DNA of 64,000 nucleotides from Lineus longissimus (Eukaryota): NCBI RefSeq assembly GCF_910592395.1, contig NC_088308.1, positions 1,178,001 to 1,242,000 of the forward strand, read 5' to 3'. Shown piece by piece: positions 26,964 to 39,745 of this stretch (position 1 is its first letter; each line of letters starts with the position of its first letter). The notes under the pieces were generated by a model. It saw only the letters and a program-made list of their open reading frames with translations, ran no database searches and was not told where the DNA came from. The position numbers and the translations under genes were made by a program.

Positions 26964-29093
26964 TAGGTATTCAGGAAAGCAAGTTGGCCTTCATTCCAAG
27001 TAAGGCTGCTGTAAACATGTAGGGCATCATCTCGGTCACGTCTCAGTATTGCATTTACCAGTTATCATAAACTGTGTACGGAAATCTCAGATGCCTTCTA
27101 CCTGGTGTGGTTTGGTATCTGGAAAAGGACAGTCTTAGACATTTATTAAAGGCAACCCTGATAAAACATGAAATGTCCATTATCAAAAATGAGATTGAAA
27201 AACCTGGCTCCGTAACATCAAGATTGCTGGGTGGCCGGTTATGTTGATTCTCCCACTTCATTTTCTTGTTTTCTCCCCTCTTTCCTCGGATAGATGACAG
27301 TGTGTAACCACTTCATTTCAACTTCTTACCATTTGCATATATATATGTGTTATTTATTGTATAGGCCTATTTTCATTATTGGCATTATTGTTGCATTTTT
27401 GAAAGGTGATGGTTTTGTTCTAATCAAATAAAGTTGAATTTATTTATAACAAATGCCTCACTGTTTCTCTGTGACATTAGAATTTTCAAAGATCAATATC
27501 TTCATGGTTTGGAATATTGTTGTTTAGTTCCTTGTACCGCAAGTCCGTCAGAACGGCGGGAGAACTAAGGAAAAGTACATTGGAAATGCAATTAGTGCTG
27601 GCATGAGTGCAGGGATTTGCGATAAAGATCCACGTCATGTTTTGACGCTGAGCAGATGACAGGGTGAAAATTGACCTCGTGAATCGTACGGTACGTAGCT
27701 CACTCTTTAGGAAATGACTTGTTCGTTCTTGATGCCATGCATGAACAGTAACACGTTACATGTGAAATTTGAAACTCCAATAATTGGAGCGCTGCCCAAC
27801 ACAACACGAAATGGATTCGTAGTTGGTGACATCCGATCTCACAACTTACTAAAAAGAGTGAATGTAGTTGAGGATGGCTCTTTCAACTTTACCGTCTACC
27901 ATTAAATCGCCGAGTCGTTTTTGCCACTCGATGGTCTCCCTCTCTTTCGACAGACTGTAAGTTCGAGGTCGAACTCCCAGTACAGGACCACCTCATTGAC
28001 GGAGCCGATGCTTCTATAAAGGTGGCCACTCCCTGGCCAAACCATGGAGGTGATATTAGAACGTCCTTGGCCGAAAATAGCACGGCGATGCTGAGCTCAC
28101 ATTGAGTAAAACCCCGGATTGACAAGGAATCCTCCAAGGTCTGGCGAGGATAGCAAGCATTGTCGTCATGTCGTGACCTCCTTTTCCGTAGAGGCGCCCT
28201 TTTCGTTGCTCAGTTAACATGTAGCCTGTACATCGACGAGAGGTGGTCATTTTGTTGGTTAATCATGATAAGTGCATTTTTACTGTGCCGCCGCAATTTC
28301 GTCACGAATGACATTAGATTAGACCCATGGCCTAGATACCTATATAGTTTGCCTGCCAACAAGTCCGGCGAAACTAACTGTACAGCTATTGTATCTAAAA
28401 AGATAATAATGTACACATGGATTAATAATAACTCATTTATTCGGAATGATAACAATTTGACGTTTTGATTCTCATTGAGAGCTATATTTATTGGAATGAA
28501 TGAAGTCGGAAGGATTCCTGTTTACATGCACTGCATGACAGTACTGCTGTACTGGTCTGAATTGATATCCTTCCGTAACACGAACAATTTGCGCTGACGC
28601 TCAATTAAACTCAGGATACACTATTGACATCTTTTGACACACATTGTCTCACGAAGGGTGTCGATTACATGAATATACTTTTGGTCAATCCTTACAGTGT
28701 AACGAACAATACGCTCAGTTAATTACATTACACAACTGCTGTTATAATCACCTAATAAAATACGTTTACCAATGTACAGAGTGACATATAGTTGCGACTT
28801 GAGGATTGAAGGACTTGAAGGACTTGAAATATCAATCAGCATCAAATCCCGATGACCACCAAGCGTCACATCTGAGTGAAAGGTTTCAGATACGCAGGAG
28901 CCAGATAAGTCAGCTGCGCAATGTCGCCAGGTGGTCTCTTTCATCTGACAACACATCGAAACTATTGACACTTGTCTGAGGAATATATCAGACTGATGTA
29001 TCCATGAATCCTTAGAGTAACTAGACTAAACAAAACGATAATTTGACCTCGAGCCCCCTCCCCAGCTCTCGCATATATCCATAACCATTTAGT

Positions 29094-30269
29094 TTAAGGC
29101 CACCCGCAGTCTTTCCCAATCATTTTGTTGAGGATTCTATTGTGAGGACGGAAGAAGTCACGTAACTTCTCTATGACTTTCTCGTCAACATTCGGATGAG
29201 GTCGGCCTTTCGATTTGGAGAGACAGCCTGTGCCATGCCTCTTGGTCATGTTGGTTAGACAGAAGAAACCTTTAGTTTCATTGAAGTAGAAATCATCCGA
29301 GGTGATTTCGTTCTTCAGCCCAAGAAACTTTTCGACCGTTCTGAGTTCTGCTGGTGGGTCAGCAACCAAGTCTTCTGAGCAAATAATCATGAACTGATTC
29401 CGTGGAAAATATTGCAACCATCGACTGAGGTAGATATGATAAATGGACCGTTGGAGGGCGCTATAATGCAGTCTGACTAAACCATTTTTTGCGTTTATTG
29501 CTAGCTTCTCAAAGCTTTCAGCAGGTTTACCCCGCATTAGTTTCTTTTCGCGAATTTGGAGGTAGTCGGAAATGGCCCGTTCTGTTGGGTCACGTAAGAC
29601 TAAAAGTAACTTGATGCTCCTGTTCATTCGATGGATTCGTTCAGGGACTTTCTTCTCAGTGAAATACGCTGGGGTCTTCTCCATTGTGATCTGATGGCAG
29701 TTTGAGTAAGGCATGCAGTCCCTGTAGGAATCTAACCCTTCAAAGTAATTCTCATCCTTGTCGAAGAAATGGACTTCATCCTCCGAGGCTACGATGGCAG
29801 AATGAAGGCGCAGAAATGTAAGCAATGCCCTTGTCCCACCCTTCCTGGCACCGATGATAATGGCCTGAGGCAGACGCTGTTCCCGTTCGTGCCCTGGCTT
29901 GCTCTTTTCACAGAGAGGTGACGTGGAGTCGGAATGTGCTACAACACGATCATTGGGCCCTTTTTCAACATTCACATTGAGCTTACAGCAACTGCCTATA
30001 GGCTGCTGATTTGACGCACCCGATATCACGTTACTGCAGTTCCGCGTCGAAGTCGGCCTAGTTGCTGCAGATGAAGACTTTACCAGACGAAATTTGTACG
30101 GAGCACCATAATACACCAAAATGCATGCTATTGTTGTTAAGGTCACCAGGGTCGCGATGATTTTGAGGACGGTTTTTAATGCACACTTCGACTGAAAACG
30201 TTTGAATGTTGTCGTGGCAGCGCCATCTTCAAGATGTGGAAGTAAGCTTTCTTGTGCGCCATCCGCCAT
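29094..30269 (-). CDS. HS3ST: Heparan sulfate glucosamine 3-O-sulfotransferase (HS3ST1/5-like), single coding exon, 391 aa
   Basis: Type II TM anchor. Motifs LPQAIIIGARKGGTRALL (5'-PSB), EVHFFD, EKTPAY, LRDPTERAISDY (3'-PB), FYFNETKGFFC and CLSKSKGRPHP. Confidence 0.96.
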   Translation of the reverse strand: MADGAQESLLPHLEDGAATTTFKRFQSKCALKTVLKIIATLVTLTTIACILVYYGAPYKFRLVKSSSAATRPTSTRNCSNVISGASNQQPIGSCCKLNVNVEKGPNDRVVAHSDSTSPLCEKSKPGHEREQRLPQAIIIGARKGGTRALLTFLRLHSAIVASEDEVHFFDKDENYFEGLDSYRDCMPYSNCHQITMEKTPAYFTEKKVPERIHRMNRSIKLLLVLRDPTERAISDYLQIREKKLMRGKPAESFEKLAINAKNGLVRLHYSALQRSIYHIYLSRWLQYFPRNQFMIICSEDLVADPPAELRTVEKFLGLKNEITSDDFYFNETKGFFCLTNMTKRHGTGCLSKSKGRPHPNVDEKVIEKLRDFFRPHNRILNKMIGKDCGWP

Positions 30270-30571
30270 TCGTTGTCGTTTCGCACATCAATTGTGTTTA
30301 GTCTGAAATGATATAAGGGATGAACATGATTAACGACAAACACCTGGACTCGTGGGATTTGACGTAGAGAGTAGCGCAGTGGTGGTTCCAGTCCTGGGTA
30401 GGCCTAGGTCTCCCGGAACCTGCATGTGTCTTGCGTGATTTTAGTGATAAACCATAAAAGAGTGGCCTAACCAGCCTCAAGGAAACTTATAACTCCCTCC
30501 CTAAAGGAAGGTATCGATATATATATATAGACTGTATGAAAATAGCCTAAATGCTGGAGAAGAGCGCAGTA

Positions 30572-30631
30572 GCTATACTATATAGGCCTAGGCTATATAG
30601 GCCTATATAGGCCTAGGCTATATAGGCTAGG
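30572..30631. repeat. Short palindromic simple repeat (TATATAGGCCTA units) upstream of HS3ST
   Basis: The sequence reads CTATATAGGCCTAGGCTATATAGGCCTATATAGGCCTAGGCTATATAGG. Confidence 0.7.
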
Positions 30632-32422
30632 GTAACGTTTGTGATCCTCTATCTTGAACTTCAGGTCATAAACACTCGGCACTAACGACTGAGCTTTTAT
30701 GCCTGTGCCAGGGGAGGAGGCTACGACCTTGGAGTAGTCTAGTTACTCTTAAGGTACGGACTGACTCTGGTTTTTCGAGCATGGTGATCCATCCTCGTGT
30801 TTCGTGATGACCGTTCTCAGTATAGTAAGCTTCCTTCATTGTTTGGGGAACTCTGAGATCGGAGAGCAACCGAAATGTTCCCCGACATCCGAGTATTCGA
30901 TGTGGGTTTTGACCTTAATTTCACGCTCCTGTGGGTGAAGGTGCATACGACTGACCATGGTATTCCAGGATGGTCGGACGCTAACTTGTCAAAACAGGTA
31001 CTAGTAATAGTAAAGTCCATTGTAAGGTCGCGATCTTGAAAGCGATTTGCAATTGAACATGGTCTATTGACTATTACATTGGTGAGAAAACGACCAATAA
31101 GTATACTTACGATCAGTCCACAACGACCTTGTATTAATAAGTCCACCAGAATAGCGTTCTACACGGAGCAAACACGGAATTACTACACTTCACAATGGTG
31201 GCATGGACGATACAATGCAGGCTTGTGGTCGACCCTGTCTATACTGATATCGGCTCACTGCTAAATAAACACCGCGTCATTGTATACTATTTATGTAATG
31301 CCTGTACAAACAGCTTCGCATGCATAGCCATAATTATATACAAAAAGGAGTAAATTACATCTGAAAGTGTGACAGCATGCATGCATGGCCAGTTATTCTC
31401 GCAATAGGCCCCTATCGCATTGTTTTTCGTTTTGTGGTCACTGTCCTGGCGAACATCTGCGCCGAGGGGGAGGGGTCACGCTATTCAGAAAACAACTATG
31501 TTGTGTTTGATCAACAGTCCATTGATCGGGTGTCCTCCAAATGATTTAAAAATATGACCTCCACTGTAAATATAACCAAGCGCTTAAGGTTTTCTAAAAG
31601 GTATTGCTATTATGTTCGCTTTCCTAAGACGTCTCATGAAATCAACCCCTTTCAACGGATCGGCGTCTGGTAGTTCTCTTCACTTTCCGAAGACATCTAA
31701 ACAGTGAAGATGACCCCTTTCATCCCAAGCCATGGTTATGGTTGTACGTACACTGAGATGCAACTTCAGGTGAATTCTGATGAATGGTTGACCGAAAAAT
31801 CGAACCATCGTTGGTCGCTGTACGAAATCCAAAGACAATTGACATATACTGTATATGGCAATTAAAAGAGGACTTGCCAACCACAACGATGCCTAAATCA
31901 AACAAATGTAAAACTGCCTTAGTCAAGTTTGGGACTAAGGCAGATTTACCTTATACCTAAATCAAACAAATGTAACTTTGGCAGTTTCACATCAAACAAA
32001 TGTCGAGCTTGTCAGTTGACCACTTCGTGCCAGTGACATGTGACAATGACCACGCGTCAAGGTATACCAGGTGTGACTCGGAACCAGCTGTGCATGATGA
32101 TTCAATTAAATTCCTTCACATCGATATACAAATGATATTCAATAATCAATTAGCATCTAACATTTGTTGAATGGTTTGATGAATTGCTGGTGAAATTGAT
32201 AGAATGTATTGTCAGTGCAACATCGTGCTGTGATCCGGTTGGTAAAGTTGATCTTTGTGTGGTCATAGCCTGTATCCTTCTATCAACCATTTCTCCAGAG
32301 GAAGACCACAATTCAGGCAGTAACAATTCCTCTGATTGCATCGGATACATCTGAACTAATTGAATCTTCTGTGGAGTTCTTTCACTTGTCACTTTGCCCT
32401 CTCTTCCTGCCAGGCATTAAAG

Positions 32423-35400
32423 ATGCCTCGCCAAACAATCATGATAGCCCTCTCCCTGACTTTACTAATTACAATATTAGCAAGTCTACAAGAAGGTGAG
32501 TCAAATTTCCTCTTTTTCACCGATTGTTTCTGAAAGGTCCGGCGATCATCAATCGACATCACTGATGTGGTCTTCATCAATCAATGGCAAATAGTGCAGC
32601 CAATGTTTAAGATTATAATGTATGGTGCATGAACAGTGGCCTCGTAAATCGTATGTATCCCGCTCTTTGGAAATGACCTGTTTGTTCTTCATGTCGCATG
32701 AAAAGTGAACAATGACACACACATGGCCTTTGTGCCTTCCTGTGTTTCAGTTCTGTTGTTAAATCTATAATGTTCGTTTCTTTCAGGGGAAGCCAGGGTC
32801 GTTATCAAAGGTAAATCGGTCATGGACGTGTCTAGATGGGCAGCTTCTTTGTCAGTGATGACATCATATTGACGATAGCCAATGAAACGGCAGTATGAAC
32901 ATCTCGCAATGAATTGCTTTGGCTGTGACAACTGATCATCTCCACGATTTTGAGATGATAGCTAAATACATGTCTGGGACAGAATGCATTCCGTCAGTCG
33001 GTTTTTGCAGTCACTACAGAAATGTACGTTAGCCGAGCGCAAGTGTTCCAAATATCTTATGTAGTTATACATAACGAATAAACATACTATCGCTAATAAG
33101 TACTGTGGTTGCAATTCATGACTAAAGACATTGCCTGGGTTGAACCTGGATCTGTTTTATGGCAACAAATCAATGACCCCATGTTCAGCTTCAAATATGG
33201 TGGTTATGTGACTGCCGCTACATATATTATCTATATATCTTCATCACAGGATGTCCTCTGACTGGTTACAAGAGAGAAGGGAACCGTTGTGTGTGTGAGT
33301 ACACTGTATCACTGATATATTCCCTTACACTCCTTCACAGACGTTCGAAGAGAAAAGATATGGCCAACGTGAGGAAAGACTTGCGTTTGGACGTCGCCAC
33401 TGGTTCAAGATACTGACACTAGCAATGTACATGTTGGGATTACAAGTACTGTGCTAATAGATCAATGTCATTAAGGTCAGTCAGTCCCACATGATATTTC
33501 TCGCCCAGCCCCACGTGGCGGCGCTTATGCAAGAGAGTGCTTGAGTCAATTGTATTAATCATGCCGATTTATCCGCGTTCGCCAGTCCCAACGGAAGATA
33601 TCCCGACGACCAACGGGGAAATATTGGATCGGTGCCGTGCATTGATTTGTGTGCAGCCTCTTGACGAAGAAGTTGCCAGCTTTCCGTTTGTTGGGTTGCC
33701 TGGTGATCATTCTTTCATTTCTTTCAGTCGTCGGTTGTCCAAAAGGACTCAGGAAAATTGTGCGAAGCAACTTCAGGCAAAGATACTTTTTCTGTGTAAA
33801 AGGCAGTAAGTACCAAGATTTACTGTAGGCCTATATCGTTCTATGGGTCCGTCATTTATCGACCATTATGTCGGTTGAGTCAGATATTTCTCGATGAGTA
33901 GGCATAATCCACGTGCTCAGTGCAATTTGCAGCAGCTGGTGTCGCAACCATTTGTTCTCACAACAACGGGCCTCTGTTCATATCAAAGGACCAGGCAAAT
34001 AGAATAACTACATAATGGTTCTATAAGCAAACAAACAAAACTGATAAATAGCGGATATAGGAATTTGTTGTTATAAATTTTCCCATAATCACCCTATTTC
34101 TGCTTCGTATTCTTGATGTCAATTTGTTACAGGGCCAAACTACACTCGTCGCATCCGTCATCGCGGTTTTGTGAGTCCTCATCTTATATTCGCTTGTAAG
34201 TACAGGAGAAACAGTTAAATCATTGATCGATAGTGCCCTGGAAATCAAGCGTTTAATTTTATAGTTCGTGAATAGCATTCCGCGAAGATGACGTCACTGC
34301 AGCTGCTGCCCTCTATTTCCCCATCGCTGAATTACAGGCAATGTCGGACAATCATGCGGTTTCGTAATGGATTCAGGCTTTCTAACTAGGGCAGTTGGAT
34401 TCAATCTGGCACTTGTCCGAGTGTTGGAACTACTACATAATTGTTCTGAATATTTCTCTCTCTGACTCTATGGTATCATTCATGCTAAAAACAATGCAGG
34501 GTCAAAGATAATTGACTTTGAAATAAGCTCAAATGCGTAGAAATAAGTGTCGATGTCCGACTGTCACGTGACTAAAACGTCATCAATATCTTATTCAAAT
34601 GGCCCTGTGAGCTATAAATAGTAACGTCGCGGAATGCTATTAGACCAAGTATGGAATATATACTTGGTTGGACTCAACGAGAAGGCATGTTTACATATCA
34701 GTGACAATCTCTTACCTTATGATCAAAGAACGCCTCGTTCTAATTGCATATTCTGAGGCAATCCGGCAAAATGGAATTTGACATAAATACTCTCAGTACT
34801 CAGATTCTGCGACCTTCGTAAATAAATGCAATTCTTATACTTTTAGATGTCAGGCAAAGAATAGCACCATGTCGTAAGTAAATTATTATCAGGTCTATGT
34901 GCTTTCATCATCGAATATCAAGGTCACTACATGCAGCTCCTCCCCTCCCACACATCCGAGCATAAGTAAAGCTCGGTAAATGCTCGTTCGATAAGTTAGA
35001 TACGCGACATCATACATTTCAATAAGCTGAAATATCAATTTTGCTTCAAAACGATTTCAATCTATGGTCCATTTGGCTTTTCTGTAGCCACTAACGACCG
35101 ACCCCCTGATTTTTTTGCTTAATACATGCATATTGATCAATCTTTCCTTGAATTCTAAAGGACGGATCATCTGGCTGAGAAGGCGACTGCATAGAGTCTG
35201 GAAGCGTGTGAAGCAGAAAGAGACGGAGATAAAGGCAGCAGAGGAGAAACCCAGGACAAGGGAAAGTGCTCAGAAGGCATGGGAGAAAGAGTCAGCAAAG
35301 CAACAAAAGGGTTTGGCAGTGCAGCGGAAACTCTTCTCACTGTTGCTGCGGAAAGGTATGAGAGCGAGTCAGTCCAGTAGTCGACGACTGAAACCATAAT

Positions 35401-37758
35401 TCTGATTATGGATTTCTCTATTAATTCCATTGTAATTTCTCTCGGTATCTATCTTTTTCAAATGATATCACCTTTCTTTTTCAGTAAACATCATGGACCG
35501 CCGGAGAGGAATGAGACTGGGTAAGTGTTTACCAATATTCGAGTTAGTCTTGGTACATGTATACAGATTGCCATTACATGACGACCTTGATATAGCGAGT
35601 TAGAAAAGGAAGTCAAATAGGAAAATACTACATAATTAGACAAGTTTGTATCTTGTTTCATTCCAGCCATGGCTTACAGCAAGCTGCGATGGTGGATAAA
35701 GGTGGCTGAGAGACGCATCAAGGAAACGCACGCTCAGCTCAAGAAATACATTCACGAGCTCAGAAAGAGAATGTCGGGAATTCTGAAACGGAATATAGTG
35801 AGGGCAGAGATGCAACTGAAGCGGTGGCGATACTTTCTGAGGAAGCTCGAGTTTTGGATGATGAAAGTTAAAGTGATATGTAAGGTTTCTTTCATTCAGA
35901 AGACAATTTTAAAAACAACGGATTTCTGTCCTTGCTTAAGCCATTATTGCATGGATGTATACATGTACATCTTGAGCTCTGAAACATTTGCATTTTTGCC
36001 CTGGTGTACTCTGTCTGCATGGGTGAAGACCCTCCCCCGCCTTACAGTTCATTACCGCGACATTGCTTTATATATGGCCACACAAACGAGCTTTACCTGT
36101 ATATGATAAATATTTGACATTTCGACTTTTCCACAGTAAGAAGGAGGCGGACGAGAAGACGTATCGGGTTTGCCTGGAGACAAGTCCGGCGGGTCAAACT
36201 GGCCATCAAGCAAATACAACAAAAAATACATTCCGCCGCGGCGGGGGAAAAGAGGCCGGATCTTAAGGGGCTCATCAAGAGGGAAAGTCTCTTGTGGTCC
36301 CTGCTCACACACAGGAAGACGACATTGAACACCTTACTGAAAGAACGTAAGTGTTCGACATTCTACGAGAAGAAAAACACTTGTTTAAGTTATTCGCAAG
36401 ATGGATTTTTCACCACAACCGCGCCCGATAGTTCATCGTATCATTAATAATTTCGGTCCATTGCGTTTGGATACATTGGAAGTGTCTGGCAGTCACATCC
36501 ATCTATAATCGAATATCAGATTCAAATAATATGGGTATCTCTTCGTGATATCTCTACGCGATTTACCGTCTTTCTTCTTTTTTTACTCCTTCCTGTTCTC
36601 AGGAAATCGCGTCCGGGCTAGAAGAATTGGTAAGTACAGGACTATAATTGACTTTACAGTAACAGAGCCCAGTCACACATACAGTCACACACATGACAAT
36701 TTCAATTTGCGATAAAAACATAATCGTTTTACTTGTGTTTTCAGTCATCTTATCGCATTATACACGGTAGTATTTCTGATATGTTTTAGAAGAATATGAA
36801 TTTGGTTTCCATCGAGTCAAACATTCACTATAGATGGCGATAGATGAATCATATGCTATCCTTCAAGTGTTAGGCAATTAAAGTTATCATTTCCATTAGT
36901 ACTTGACAAATTACCGCCCTTTTGCAGAAAATACACTGCACCAGATCAAGCAGCGGCTCACTTGGGCCGAGAAGAAAATAGCCTATTTGAGCAGACGCCT
37001 CAAGGATAAGAAAGAAACCAATAGAACTCAATGGATAAAGCGTATCCTGGTCAAATGGCAGCATTACCTTGGACGTCTGCAGAAGAGAGAAGAGTTTCTA
37101 ACAAAAAGATGCACGTATTCCAATTGACTGTTAATTCATATAGAATGATACTACTCTGAATGTGTCTCAGTTAAACTTGACAAGTTTCAGGAGAACCCAC
37201 GGTAAACAAATTAGTTGTTCAATATCACGTATATCGTACACAAAAATACTACCGCCGGGGCCAACTAAATTATTTCCGAAGTGATGTTTCTTAAATTTAT
37301 TTCAATCTTTCCTCCATGCAGACAAGAAGAATACAAAAGGTAGCACAGTCGAAGACACGAATGAAAAAGAAAATGATTCTAAAAAGTCATCGGTCAAAAA
37401 ATCGAAGGATGATGGGTAAGTCAGGAGTTCGACAGAGAAAATGGCCTTCTTTTAAAAACATCCAACAGGACCCAAGGAATGAAATGTGGAGTAAGTCCTT
37501 ATATCTCATTTCAATTGCTGTGTACCCGTGCTGTGATGTTGTATGAATATCATAAATATCATGCCTGAAGCCATTTAACAGAAATTGGGAAGAGGTGAGC
37601 TTAGATACTTCAAAAGTTAGTATTGATATTGTACCTGTATGTTTTCCAGTTTGGACACCCTCCGGAAACTGATGGTGAAGAAGAATATCCCCAACATCAC
37701 CATATTCAAGTTTCACCCACCACAATTCCTTAAAGCAATGCGAGAGACACTCAAGTGA
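32423..37758 (+). CDS. Secreted, highly cationic Trp-rich helical protein of unknown family, 13 exons, ~437 aa
   Basis: Exons 32423-32495, 32787-32810, 33250-33294, 33728-33805, 34847-34873, 35161-35355, 35485-35520, 35667-35879, 36137-36346, 36603-36629, 36928-37110, 37322-37415, 37650-37758. The first 11 introns are phase 1 and the frame is open throughout; this needs one GC donor at 37111. Signal peptide MPRQTIMIALSLTLLITILASLQEGEA. AATAAA at 38007 and 38020. Confidence 0.8.
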
Positions 37759-38075
37759 TAGAGGATGAAAAATTACAAAAGCTCGTGAAATTATAACATG
37801 TACCGGGACATGTACTTTACAGCGAAATCTTAAAAATACACCATTGGATAAATCCTACGAGAATATGAAATATTTCATTCCACTGACTGGCCGAGCATTT
37901 AAGTTGCTTTTTATATGAAGCTGTATATCGTTGGTATCTGCTCTTACAAAATAGTGGGCAAGCATCTTATTTCATCCATCTTTTTACATATCAAGGTATG
38001 AAGGATAATAAAGTCTTTAAATAAAGATCATTATTATTTACTAGAATGTCATAGGCCTTTAATGTGTGAGGCAGT

Positions 38076-39745
38076 TCACAACGCCACTGGACCTGGGAAG
38101 TTTTCGACCTGACTGCCATGTTTGGCCCGTAACTCCTTGACACGTCGTTTGATATGTGCGGTGGCCAGAGTAACGTGGTTATAATAAACGTTAAAATTAC
38201 TGCTGACGATTGGTATGGACATGGCCGTGATCATGATCCCAGTGACAGCACAGCACGCACCGATAATGTACCCAGGCCAGTTGTGTGGGTACATGTCCCC
38301 GTAACCCACAGTTGTCATCGTGATAACGGCCCACCAGCAGCCTTCCCAGGCTGTGTAGAATCCACCGTCCACACCTATCTCCGCAGCGAATATCAGTATT
38401 GCGAACACCATCATCCCAATGGCAAGGAGTGACACAATGGTTAAAAGCTCGACAATGTTCTTCGTGAACACCAACAGCATCACGCGGAGTCCGACGAACG
38501 TGTTGGCAATGCGCAATATCAACCATCCGCGCAAGAGCTGCATTAGGAGACAGGCAATCCAGGTGTATTCCAGGGCAGCGGATGGGTCAACTCCCATCAG
38601 TCTTGTTGGAATGTAAAGTAATGCTGAGATCCAGTACGTCGTCGAAACGATGATTTCGACAATTTTCCTGGACTTGAGAAATATGATTTTGTAGGGACAC
38701 ACGACGATTCTCATTGTTAAATCCGTGAGAATTATTATGTTTAGCGTAATGTCAATGAATAAGACTTCTGGTGCAATTTGACCCAACCAAAACTTCCGCC
38801 ATTTGTCCGTGTTGACGAGCGAGGTGACCAAGGTGAGATTCTGGGTAGAATTCGAAGGGATGGGCGTTCGGCGGTTCAAGTCCAAGATTACCATGAAGTT
38901 GATGACGGAGGCAAGTATGCAGAGGACCATGATAATGGACCACGCCTGGAAAGGTTATAAAATAAATAATAAGCGAGAAATAGCTGTCAAATAGAAATGG
39001 GGAACACTTTCATATAGCACAATGCAATCCAGTCTCCAGCTTCTTAAGCGCGTTTTGTTATTGCTGCCATTCTCATCTGTCGAGACGTGCCTAAAATGGC
39101 AGCCTCCCTTTCAGCAGTTCATCACATTAAAATCAAAGTCTAGAACAGAATGCATTTTGTATTGAAGACGCATGTAGACGAAAAGACATCATAAATTGTT
39201 TTTGTTTTCAATTAGCCTCCTTGAAAGTATGTCAGGGATGAAGTGGCAAAAAACGTGGGCACACACGAAAACATTTGACAAACCTTCGCTGCTGCTGAGG
39301 TGACGGGAAACTCGAGGAATATCCACATCTTGGCTGCAACTTGCCTCCATCCTTCTCCATTCTCTACAGCCTTCACACTCCTTTCGAAGTCATCCAGTAA
39401 CTCCTCCCTGATCATTTCTGTGATCCTTTTCTGTGTTAGGGATGCGTTTATCTTCCCGATACAACATGGTGCGATCATTGTCCGAGGAATGTTCCAGAAT
39501 TCGATTTCTTCGAGTATTTCCAGGCCGCAGGCTTCAGAAGGGACATGTATCTTGCCGACACTGTGAGCCTCCAAGATACAGCTGAACAAATCAGAACGGC
39601 GGTCGAAAAAAAATGCTCCCAAATTCTCATGGAAATATTGTTCTGAATGAAGAACAGAAGCTAGAGTTGACGTCGGGATGCTTTGAATCGTTTCTCGCTT
39701 TGTGAGGAAAGTTGTTCCTCTCACGTTTATTTGGATTAAATCCAT
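38076..39745 (-). CDS. Voltage-gated K+ channel subunit, Shaw/Kv3-like, 2 exons, ~443 aa
   Basis: Exon 39745-39284 encodes the T1/BTB domain (INVRGTTF, FFFDR, KIHVPSEACG..EEIEFW..PCC, MWIFLEFP). It joins in phase 0 to exon 38945-38076, which encodes S1-S6 and the pore motif WWAVITMTTVGYGDMYP. Confidence 0.93.

Noticed and set aside
33341..33368. Extra exon in the cationic gene
   Set aside because: It would need a 46-nt intron and breaks the phase-1 frame; skipping it gives a clean ORF.
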